14,912 nucleotides of DNA from Promethearchaeota archaeon (GCA_048938445.1 JBHLME010000110.1:1-14912); one strand, 5' to 3'; positions 7,275-14,912 are shown, counted from the first letter of the stretch. The notes: generated from the sequence alone by a model not told the origin. Program-made: numbers and translations.

Positions 7275-10193
7275 TCATTCCTTTATTTTTTTTTTAATAT
7301 AACTTAATACATCATTTACATTTAAGGTTTGATCTTCTACAAGCCCTTGTCCATAATCTTGACTTCCCCCGCCTTTTCCGCCAAATTTCGAAACACAATC
7401 TTTAATAAAGTCTCCCATATGAAAATCTAAAGCTCTTGCGGGATTTTTTCCTAACATTCCCAAGATACCTATGCCTTTTTCATCTTTATTAATAAAAATA
7501 GTAATAATATCATCAGATTTATCCATAATTCTCCGACTTAAATCTTTCACAAAATTTTGGTCAATATCTTCAAATTTTTCTAAAATTAATTTAAAATCTT
7601 TATAGTTTCGTGCTTTTTCTACTAATTCTGTTAAATAATCACTATTCAATAGTTTTTTCTTCGTTTTAATTTTTTTAATCCCTTCATTCCATTCCATATA
7701 TAGTTTCTTGACTTTTGCTGGAATTTCTCTTTCCTTAATCTTCAAATCTTCAGAAATTTTAGTTATGATATCACCTTCATACTTTTGATCTGAATTTAAT
7801 ATCAAGTCCTTTTCATTAATTTTCCCCTTTTTTAGAGCCTTATTTACATTATTACGCTTTTTTAGTAACTCTCTTACTCTACCAACAAGTTGGTTGGATT
7901 CTACCGATAATATCGATTTTAATTCAGCTTTTATGATGTTATGTTCTTCTGTAATCATATCAGTAGCATGTCCTGCAGTGAAAACTAATCGAACAACCCC
8001 ATCTTGAATTTTTTGAGATTTGAGAATTTTAATTTTGCCCGTTTCAGACGTATTATTTAAATGAGTACCTCCACATGCTTCAACATCTATACCAGGAACC
8101 TCTACAACACGAATATTTTTTCCTGGGACAGCGCCACCTTGATATAATCCCATTCCGTACTTCTGTTCTGCTTCGGAACGAGGCATAAAGGAAAGATTTA
8201 ATTCAATTCCTTGCTTTACAATTTCATTTGCTCTCTCTTCAATTAATTTTAGTTTGTCCCTTGGAATTTGCTCGAAGTGAGTGATGTCTAAGTGAGCATT
8301 TTTCATCGTCTTTTTAGCTCCAGCTTGGTTTACATGACTACCCAAGATTTCTTGAGCAGCAGCATTGACAATGTGGGTAGCGGTATGGTGTTGTGAGAGT
8401 TGGTATCTCCATTCTTTATCAATTTCTACTGTTACTAAATCACCTTCTTTAAAATTAGGCTTTTTTTCAAGAACATGAATCACATGATTTCCTTGCTTGA
8501 TGACATCGGTAAATTTTTGTCCATTTATTGTTCCAATATCATGAAGTTGCCCTCCTGAAGTTCCATAAGCTACAGATTGATCTATTACTACCATTTTATC
8601 GAATATTTTAAGGACTTTAGCGGAATTAGATAGTTCAGTATAATCATAATAATATAAGGATTTAGTTTCAGGAATATCATCTAAGTCAATTTCTAGTTCC
8701 TTTCCTGTTGCGTGAACTTGTTCAACCTTTTCGTGTCTTTGAACAACCAATGAGTAAAAATTATCGGGGATTTGGACTTTTACTTTATATTTTTTTGCGG
8801 CCGCTTTAACCATATCTGGACTTATCCCATTTGAATCATATATTTCAATTAAGGTTTCAGTAGAAATTTCTCCTTTTTTCAGTAGTTTTTCTAGAATCTT
8901 TCCAGCTTTATCTTTTGTTTCATAAAATTTTATTTTTTCTACTTCAAGGATTTCTCTAATTTCATCAATGTGTTCAGACACCTCAGGGAATATATCCTTT
9001 AATTCTTCAGCATGCCAAGCACATACATCACCCATATCGATGTCCCACATGAACATGTCTATAAAGCTAATAGCGCGCCTGAATATAACTCTTAAATTAT
9101 ACCCTCCTCCTACATTTGAAGGAAGCTTTCCATCATTGATGGCAAATAACAAACTCCGGGCATGTTCTGCAATTGAATAAAGCCCTGTCATTGGCATTAT
9201 TTTTTCTTTGAGCACATCTACATTAATATTCAATTCATAAGCTACTCTTTGCCAAGCAGCATCCATATCATCAACTTCATCTATATTAAGGTATGCTGAA
9301 TACTGAGAAAATTTGTTGTATAATTCCAAGTCTAATTCAATTTTCGTAATTTCTCGAAGTTTTCCTAAAACATATGGAAAAATTGCTTCATACATATTGG
9401 GAGTTCCTTGCGAAAACCAAGCAACACGTTCTTGCCCTAGCCCCATATCAAGGACTTTAAGCTTGAGTTCTTTTGGACCTTCTGGAGTCTGTTCGAACAT
9501 CATGTATACTTGATTAAAAAGCTCAACACCTCTACTAAAGAATTCCAAGCTACATCCAAACGTGCCACCTCCTGCCCATGAATCTTCATGTATCGTGATT
9601 TCATCCTTAGAAAGTCCTACGCCTTTCTCAGTTATAAAATCGTGCATATCCATAAAAAGAGAGCCTTGATTCCACTCCTCTGGAGGGACAAATGAATGTT
9701 GCCCAATCATCACAAAACCAGTACAATGACTTCCGGTAATTCCTACATTTTCGATATCATTAAATCGAAGGCAAAATTGGGGTATGACTAGTTTTTTAGC
9801 GGGGGGTTCAACTTCTCCCTTGATTACATAAGGCTGAAATGCTGATATTGAAGCAATTGTAAATTCAGAAGTTGGATTCCATCGTGCCACGCATGGATAT
9901 CGTTTAATTGGTTTATAACCTCGAGGTTCTAAAACTTCTACTATCTTATTCCATACATCTACAAACGATAACTTAACTGGAGAAGGATTATTCATAACAA
10001 CTTGAAAACCTCCTGAACAAGCGGGATCACCACATACTTTTCTATCTTCATGAGTAGTCCAAAAATATGTTCCACAATTACAAAGTTTTCTCATATATCC
10101 TAATTTTTTTAGTTCTTTAGTTGGATAGTATTTATCAGGCTCCTTAGAAGCAATTTCCTTGAATACTATCTTTTGTTCTTTGTCAGAAAGCAT
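7275..10193 (-). CDS. alaS: Alanine--tRNA ligase, archaeal type, with editing and C-Ala/DHHA1 domains
   Basis: N-terminal Cys cluster (CNCGTYFWT...CGDPAC), RYPCVARW, ASISAFQP, CLRFNDIENVG, WAGGG, DMGLGQER and PSNVGGGYNLR; editing motifs HHTATH and CGGTH; C-terminal GGKGGG. 972 aa. Confidence 0.97.
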   Translation of the reverse strand: MLSDKEQKIVFKEIASKEPDKYYPTKELKKLGYMRKLCNCGTYFWTTHEDRKVCGDPACSGGFQVVMNNPSPVKLSFVDVWNKIVEVLEPRGYKPIKRYPCVARWNPTSEFTIASISAFQPYVIKGEVEPPAKKLVIPQFCLRFNDIENVGITGSHCTGFVMIGQHSFVPPEEWNQGSLFMDMHDFITEKGVGLSKDEITIHEDSWAGGGTFGCSLEFFSRGVELFNQVYMMFEQTPEGPKELKLKVLDMGLGQERVAWFSQGTPNMYEAIFPYVLGKLREITKIELDLELYNKFSQYSAYLNIDEVDDMDAAWQRVAYELNINVDVLKEKIMPMTGLYSIAEHARSLLFAINDGKLPSNVGGGYNLRVIFRRAISFIDMFMWDIDMGDVCAWHAEELKDIFPEVSEHIDEIREILEVEKIKFYETKDKAGKILEKLLKKGEISTETLIEIYDSNGISPDMVKAAAKKYKVKVQIPDNFYSLVVQRHEKVEQVHATGKELEIDLDDIPETKSLYYYDYTELSNSAKVLKIFDKMVVIDQSVAYGTSGGQLHDIGTINGQKFTDVIKQGNHVIHVLEKKPNFKEGDLVTVEIDKEWRYQLSQHHTATHIVNAAAQEILGSHVNQAGAKKTMKNAHLDITHFEQIPRDKLKLIEERANEIVKQGIELNLSFMPRSEAEQKYGMGLYQGGAVPGKNIRVVEVPGIDVEACGGTHLNNTSETGKIKILKSQKIQDGVVRLVFTAGHATDMITEEHNIIKAELKSILSVESNQLVGRVRELLKKRNNVNKALKKGKINEKDLILNSDQKYEGDIITKISEDLKIKEREIPAKVKKLYMEWNEGIKKIKTKKKLLNSDYLTELVEKARNYKDFKLILEKFEDIDQNFVKDLSRRIMDKSDDIITIFINKDEKGIGILGMLGKNPARALDFHMGDFIKDCVSKFGGKGGGSQDYGQGLVEDQTLNVNDVLSYIKKKIKE

Positions 10194-10299
10194 ATTTTTT
10201 CCTTTTTCTTATCAGTTTAAATGATTAATCTTGAATGTATATTAATTATTGTTATTGATTTCCTATATTATTTTTCTTTAATTAGAAAAATTATAAAGT

Positions 10300-10332
10300 G
10301 GTAATTTTAAGAAAATTTAAATCATTGATTTA
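10300..10332 (+). promoter_or_regulatory. Candidate promoter (BRE/TATA-like) plus palindromic operator upstream of the Rab-like GTPase, in the region shared with divergent alaS
   Basis: GGTAATTTTAAGAA (10300-10313) followed by the perfect palindrome TAAATCA-T-TGATTTA (10318-10332). Confidence 0.35.
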
Positions 10333-10393
10333 TTATTATTTTCAAAAATAAAAAACATATAAAAAGAAATAAATTACGTGAGGATAAGTTTTT

Positions 10394-10984
10394 ATGAGTG
10401 AAGGGCGATCATTTACATTTAAAGTAATAGTCGTTGGAGATGGTGCGGTTGGTAAGACTTCCTTAATAAGGCGTTTTGTTCACAATAAATTTGAGAAAGA
10501 TTATTTAATGACTTTAGGAAGCGAAATTACGAAATATACGCAAAATATTGATGGAAATAATATTTCATTAATTATTTGGGACTTAGCTGGTCAAGAAGGT
10601 TTTAAAAATATACGACAAAATTTTTTCACCGGAAGTAATGCAGCAATAATTGTTTTTTCTCATGAAGAAAATGAATCAGGTGAAAAAAGTCTAAAAAATG
10701 TTCCAAAATGGCTTGAAGAAATAACAAAACATACTAAAAAAATCCCTATAATGTTATTTGGTAATAAAATAGATTTAATCGATGTTGATAAGCTTAATAC
10801 TGACATGGCACTTCCAAAATCAGATTACAATCTCAATAAACTTGCTAATGATTTAGGATTTCTTGGATATTATAAAACAAGTGCATTATCGGGGGAAAAT
10901 GTCCATAATGCGTTTGGAACATTAATAAAGGAGTTATATCAAAAGCAAATAGCGATTCTTGAAAATTTAAAAAAAGAAATATAA
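10394..10984 (+). CDS. Rab-like small GTPase (Ras superfamily; eukaryotic signature protein type)
   Basis: Intact G1 GDGAVGKT, G2 YLMTLG, G3 WDLAGQE, G4 NKID and G5 TSAL; no C-terminal Cys prenylation motif. Confidence 0.95.
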   Translation: MSEGRSFTFKVIVVGDGAVGKTSLIRRFVHNKFEKDYLMTLGSEITKYTQNIDGNNISLIIWDLAGQEGFKNIRQNFFTGSNAAIIVFSHEENESGEKSLKNVPKWLEEITKHTKKIPIMLFGNKIDLIDVDKLNTDMALPKSDYNLNKLANDLGFLGYYKTSALSGENVHNAFGTLIKELYQKQIAILENLKKEI

Positions 10985-11222
10985 CTTTACATTTTACTTT
11001 CATTCGTTCAATTTATATTAATTTAGTTTAGTTGTACTGATATTCTTTAAAAATGAATTTTATGAATTTCTTGGATATCTCTTAAACTTTTTATAGTTGT
11101 GAATCGATGAATGGTAAAAGCTCTAATTTATTAGATTTTAAAAAAAGTTTAAATAAACAAAAAAAGATTATTATGTTGGTTCAAATATAGAAGAGGATTT
11201 CAAAATCAAACATGAATACTTA

Positions 11223-13118
11223 ATGACCGAATTCAATAAGATAATTGAAAATTTAACAAAAAAAAATAAAGAATTAGAATATATAATCAACAAAAGCCCT
11301 GTTATAGTTCTACTTTGGAAAAATGAAGAGAATTGGCCTGTAGAATTTGTTTCAGAAAATATTTCACAATTTGGTTTCACACAAGAAGAATTTATTTCTG
11401 GTAAAATTAAATATTCTGAGATAATATATGCTGAGGATTTGAAACGTGTACAAAAAGAAGTAGATTTTTACATTAATAGTGATTTTACAGAATTCACTCA
11501 AGAGTATAGGATTATTGATAAATCAAACGAAATTAGGTGGATTGATGATAGAACATTCATTAGACGAGATACTAAAGATGAAATTACTCATTTCCAAGGT
11601 GTAATATTTGATATTACAGAAAAGAAAAAAATCTTGGAAGAATTAAAAAACTCTGAACAAAAATTTAGAATGATATCAGAACAAGCATTAGTGGCAATAG
11701 GGATAATTCAAGATGATAAAATCGTATACGTCAATCAAAAAGCAGCTGAGATTTTTGGGTATGAGATAAATGAGATGAAAAGCTGGGCACCTGGAGAATT
11801 TGCTAAAACAATTCATCCAGATCATCTTGAAGAAGAAATTAAATATATTAATCAAATACAAACTGATTCAACAGTTAATGAGATTCAATTTCAAACTAAA
11901 GGGATAAGTAAGTCTGGAGAAGAATTTTGGGCAGAAGCATTGTTTAAGAAGTTTTTATATAATGACCGGCCTGCACTTATAGGTATGTTTATTAACATAA
12001 CTGAAAGGAAAAGGGTAGAAAATGCTTTAAAGTTCACTCAATTTGCAGTTGACCATAGTGTCAACCCTGCTTTATGGATGGATGACCAATTCAATATTAT
12101 TTATGTAAATGAAGCTATGTGTAAATCGTTAGGTTATACAGAAGAGGAATTACTTGGTATGAAGGGTTTAGATCTTAATCCAACTTATCCCAAAGATGCT
12201 TGGGAACCTACATGGAAGGAAATTAAAGAGAAAGGATCACTTGTTATAGAAACTTATCATAAAAAGAAAAATGGGGTATTATTCCCTGTAGAAGTATATT
12301 TAAGTTACTTACAATATGACAATAAGGAATATAACTGCGCATTTGTCCATGACATTAGCGAACGTAAAGAATCATTGAAAATTATTAAGGATTCAGAAGA
12401 AAAATATCGTGAAGCATTTTATCGAGAAAATTTTTATAAGGATTTATTTACGCATGACATGAAAAATATTATGCAAGCTATCAATAGTTCATTGGAGATT
12501 TATGAGTATATATTGAGAGATGAAATGAGATATGCCCAAGACAAAAAGTTACTTGATAATATTCATTCTCAAATAGACAGAGGGGCTCATTTAATTAATA
12601 ATATAAAAAGATATTCAGATTTAGAATCTTTTGAACTTCCCCTTATAAAGCTGAATATTTATAAAATTATACAATCAGAAATTAGTATTATACAAAATTT
12701 AATTAAAAATCAAAAAATTTTCATCGAACTATTACCCCGTGAAGATCCTGAGTTTTTCAGTTTAGGAAATGAACTTATTCATGAAATATTTGAAAATATC
12801 TTGCAGAATTCAATTATTCACAATGAAAATGAAAAGATTATTATTTCGATTTTGATATTTAAAATTTTAAAAGAACAAAAATCATATATAAGGATAGAAA
12901 TCTCTGATAATGGGAGAGGGATTGAAGATTCAAGAAAAAATATTGTCTTTAATCGTGCTTATAATCAAGACAAATCAAAAATAGGGATGGGGCTAGGTTT
13001 ATCCCTAGTAAAATTAATTATAGAAAAATTTGATGGAGAGATCTGGATAGAAGATAAAGTTCCTGGTGATTATAAACAGGGAAGTAGATTCATCATATTA
13101 TTACCGCAGATAAGTTAA
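11223..13118 (+). CDS. Cytoplasmic sensor histidine kinase with three PAS/PAC domains
   Basis: Three PAS repeats ending DITEKK, NITERK and DISERK; H-box FTHDMKN; N-box ENILQNSIIH; G1 DNGRGI; G2 GMGLGL. No hydrophobic TM segment. Confidence 0.93.
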   Translation: MTEFNKIIENLTKKNKELEYIINKSPVIVLLWKNEENWPVEFVSENISQFGFTQEEFISGKIKYSEIIYAEDLKRVQKEVDFYINSDFTEFTQEYRIIDKSNEIRWIDDRTFIRRDTKDEITHFQGVIFDITEKKKILEELKNSEQKFRMISEQALVAIGIIQDDKIVYVNQKAAEIFGYEINEMKSWAPGEFAKTIHPDHLEEEIKYINQIQTDSTVNEIQFQTKGISKSGEEFWAEALFKKFLYNDRPALIGMFINITERKRVENALKFTQFAVDHSVNPALWMDDQFNIIYVNEAMCKSLGYTEEELLGMKGLDLNPTYPKDAWEPTWKEIKEKGSLVIETYHKKKNGVLFPVEVYLSYLQYDNKEYNCAFVHDISERKESLKIIKDSEEKYREAFYRENFYKDLFTHDMKNIMQAINSSLEIYEYILRDEMRYAQDKKLLDNIHSQIDRGAHLINNIKRYSDLESFELPLIKLNIYKIIQSEISIIQNLIKNQKIFIELLPREDPEFFSLGNELIHEIFENILQNSIIHNENEKIIISILIFKILKEQKSYIRIEISDNGRGIEDSRKNIVFNRAYNQDKSKIGMGLGLSLVKLIIEKFDGEIWIEDKVPGDYKQGSRFIILLPQIS

Positions 13119-13141
13119 AAAAAATATAATCAAAAGCAAAC

Positions 13142-13185
13142 GGTAATTTTTAAGAATATAAAAAAAGAGTTAAGATCATTGATCT
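13142..13185 (+). promoter_or_regulatory. Candidate promoter (BRE/TATA-like) plus palindromic operator upstream of the second kinase
   Basis: GGTAATTTTTAAGAA (13142-13156) followed by AGATCA-T-TGATCT (13173-13185). Confidence 0.35.
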
Positions 13186-13233
13186 AATATAATTTGTATA
13201 AATAAAAATGTAATAAATTATTTTTAATAATTA

Positions 13234-14388
13234 ATGAGCAATCTTAATGAAAATTCTGAAAATTTAATAAAACGGTATGAACTGATTGATTTCATCATAA
13301 ATAAAAGCCCATATATTATATTTCTTTGGAGAAATGAAGAGAATTGGCCTGTTGATTTTGTTACAGAAAATATTTCTAAGTTTGGATATACTCAAGAGGA
13401 TTTTCTTTCGGATAAAATTCGTTATACTGAAATAATTCATCCCGATGATGTTGACCGCGTTTCTAAAGAGACTCATTCTTATTGTGCAAGTGGTGCAACA
13501 GAATTTACTCAAGAATATAGAATTTTTAAAAAATCAGGAGAGGTCATATGGATTGATGACAGAACTTTTATAAGAAGAGATCCAGTGAGAAAAGTAGCCT
13601 ATTTCCAAGGTGTTATCCTTGATATAACTGAAAAAAAAAAGATTCAGCAAGAATTAGAAAATTCAGAACAAAAATTCCGATTAGCATTCCATCGAGAAAA
13701 TTTTTATAAAGATCTTTTCATGCATGACATGCGAAATATATTACAGTCTATTGGTAATTCATTGGAGATTTATGAGTATGAATTGAAAGAAGAAATGAAT
13801 AATGATCAAAATATACAGTCTCTTGAGAGAATCCACACTCATATAGAAAGGGGGGCTCATTTAATTAATAATATAAAAAAATTTTCTGAATTAGAATTTA
13901 TAACCCATTCCTTAGAAAAACAAAATATCTATCAAATCATACAAAAATGTGTAAACACTGTTCAAAGTTCAATAAGAAGTAAAAAAATGTTAATCAAGAT
14001 TGATCCTAAGAATGACCCAAAATTTATGATATTAGGAAATGAACTTATAAATGAAGCGATCGAAAATATCTTAATGAATTCCATTATTCATAATGATAAT
14101 GAAGAGGTAATAATTTCGATTTTGATGTTTAATGTTTTAAAAGACCAAAAAGCTCATATTAGAATTGAAATTTCAGATAATGCTAGAGGGATTGAAGATT
14201 CGAGAAAACAAATCATTTTCGATCGGGCTCATAATCAAGATAAGTCAAAAATTGGGATGGGATTAGGTTTATCTTTAGTAAAAATAATTATAGAAAATAT
14301 TAATGGAGATATTTGGATAGAAGATAATGTTCCAGGGGATTATGAACAAGGTAGTAAATTTATCTTATTAATACCAAAAGTAGAATAG
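13234..14388 (+). CDS. Cytoplasmic sensor histidine kinase with one PAS/PAC domain; paralogue of the upstream kinase
   Basis: PAS ending DITEKK; H-box FMHDMRN; N-box ENILMNSIIH; G1 DNARGI; G2 GMGLGL. Colinear with 11223..13118. Confidence 0.93.
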   Translation: MSNLNENSENLIKRYELIDFIINKSPYIIFLWRNEENWPVDFVTENISKFGYTQEDFLSDKIRYTEIIHPDDVDRVSKETHSYCASGATEFTQEYRIFKKSGEVIWIDDRTFIRRDPVRKVAYFQGVILDITEKKKIQQELENSEQKFRLAFHRENFYKDLFMHDMRNILQSIGNSLEIYEYELKEEMNNDQNIQSLERIHTHIERGAHLINNIKKFSELEFITHSLEKQNIYQIIQKCVNTVQSSIRSKKMLIKIDPKNDPKFMILGNELINEAIENILMNSIIHNDNEEVIISILMFNVLKDQKAHIRIEISDNARGIEDSRKQIIFDRAHNQDKSKIGMGLGLSLVKIIIENINGDIWIEDNVPGDYEQGSKFILLIPKVE

Positions 14389-14415
14389 AATAGTATTATT
14401 AGTAAATATTTTTCT

Positions 14416-14470
14416 TGTTTTAAGGAATGCTTTAATTTCCTTCCTTAGAACATTTACTCGCATTCTTTTT
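14416..14470 (+). terminator. Putative hairpin plus T-tract after the kinase pair
   Basis: TGTTTTAAGGAA (14416-14427) pairs with TTCCTTAGAACA (14441-14452) with one G-U pair and a 13-nt loop; T-rich tracts lie on both sides. Confidence 0.4.
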
Positions 14471-14624
14471 AATTCATTTTTATTATAACTTACCTAATGT
14501 GTCTTATTTTACAGTTTTAAATCCAAAATTTTTTTTTTACATTTATGTAAGTTTTAAATACAAACATATCATATAATTTAACATTCCATTTTGGAATCCA
14601 ATGATATAATAATACTAAATAATA

Positions 14625-14631
14625 GAGGTGA
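14625..14631 (+). promoter_or_regulatory. Shine-Dalgarno site of the last ORF
   Basis: GAGGTGA ending 6 nt before ATG 14638. Confidence 0.75.
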
Positions 14632-14637
14632 AATTAA

Positions 14638-14912
14638 ATGAGGTTTCTATTGACTATGTGGTATCCACCTGATAAAATTAATGATATGGCGAGTAAATTT
14701 AAGATAGTTAAAATTCCAGATTTCATTAAGAGATGGGATATTTATGGGACCAGTGATGGTCTTAATGGTTTTAAATCTTATCAGCTAATTACCATAGAAA
14801 AAGGGAAAGTGGACGAGGGGGTTGATTATCTTATCAAAGAACTTGCACAATATACCGAAATTGAAGGACATAGGTGGAAAATAGAACCTGTGTTAGGTAT
14901 TAAAGATAGTTT
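14638..14912 (+). CDS. Hypothetical protein, 3'-truncated by the window edge (not in the ORF track)
   Basis: SD GAGGTGA at 14625-14631, ATG 14638, open to the end: MRFLLTMWYPPDKINDMASKFKIVKIPDFIKRWDIYGTSDGLNGFKSYQLITIEKGKVDEGVDYLIKELAQYTEIEGHRWKIEPVLGIKDS... Confidence 0.85.
   Translation, partial: MRFLLTMWYPPDKINDMASKFKIVKIPDFIKRWDIYGTSDGLNGFKSYQLITIEKGKVDEGVDYLIKELAQYTEIEGHRWKIEPVLGIKDS

Larger units (their letters stand above)
11223..14388 (+). repeat. Diverged tandem gene duplication (two histidine kinase paralogues)
   Basis: Shared DNA blocks, e.g. GAAGAGAATTGGCCTGT, TGGATTGATGA, ATCGAGAAAATTTTTATAA, GGGGCTCATTTAATTAATAATATAAAAA and AGAGGGATTGAAGATTC, occur in both genes in the same order. 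Confidence 0.9.

Noticed and set aside
8968-9513. Two short + strand ORFs (8968..9180, 9313..9513)
   Set aside because: Antisense shadows inside alaS.
1524-10193. dtdA and alaS as one translation quality-control locus
   Set aside because: They are about 5 kb apart, on opposite strands and separated by unrelated genes; no evidence of linkage.
11122-11135. Palindrome TCTAAT-TT-ATTAGA upstream of kinase 1
   Set aside because: Almost all A/T, a single occurrence, and different from the ATCA-T-TGAT motif; expected by chance.
11157-11222. Open in-frame extension upstream of kinase 1 (…VGSNIEEDFKIKHEYL)
   Set aside because: It has no canonical start codon, and ATG 11223 aligns exactly with the start of the paralogous kinase 2.
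11171-11380. 69-aa - strand ORF
   Set aside because: Antisense to the 5' end of kinase 1; its hydrophobicity just mirrors A-rich sense codons.
13264-13512. 82-aa - strand ORF with CCTTC
   Set aside because: Antisense shadow inside kinase 2; the Cys cluster is incidental.
1-14912. CRISPR array, tRNA/rRNA, IS element, integrase or defence island
   Set aside because: No regularly spaced repeats, cloverleaf or GC-rich structural RNA, terminal inverted repeats, or transposase/nuclease motifs were seen; intergenic gaps are short and AT-rich.

Overview
AT-rich (roughly 30% GC by eye) archaeal chromosomal window. It most likely comes from an Asgard archaeon (Lokiarchaeia/Promethearchaeia-like); this is inferred from the archaeal-type AlaRS and DtdA, GGTGA-type Shine-Dalgarno sites, Rab-like small GTPases and multi-PAS histidine kinases. 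It holds 13 complete genes and one truncated by the right edge. In order: corrinoid (B12-binding) protein, flavodoxin-like protein, D-aminoacyl-tRNA deacylase, a hypothetical winged-helix protein, LysJ/ArgD-type aminotransferase, VOC/glyoxalase protein, a degenerate Rab-like pseudo-GTPase fused to a Cys4 Zn-binding domain, an alaS-metallophosphoesterase-Nudix cluster, an intact Rab-like GTPase, two tandem paralogous PAS histidine kinases, and a partial hypothetical ORF. I saw no tRNA, rRNA, CRISPR array or mobile element. The most interesting signals are (i) the pseudo-GTPase/Zn-finger fusion, which appears to start at a non-canonical ATT; (ii) the two kinases differing by an exact 247-codon two-PAS cassette; and (iii) a shared upstream motif set in front of the Rab-like GTPase and the second kinase. 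None is proven novel without database searches.
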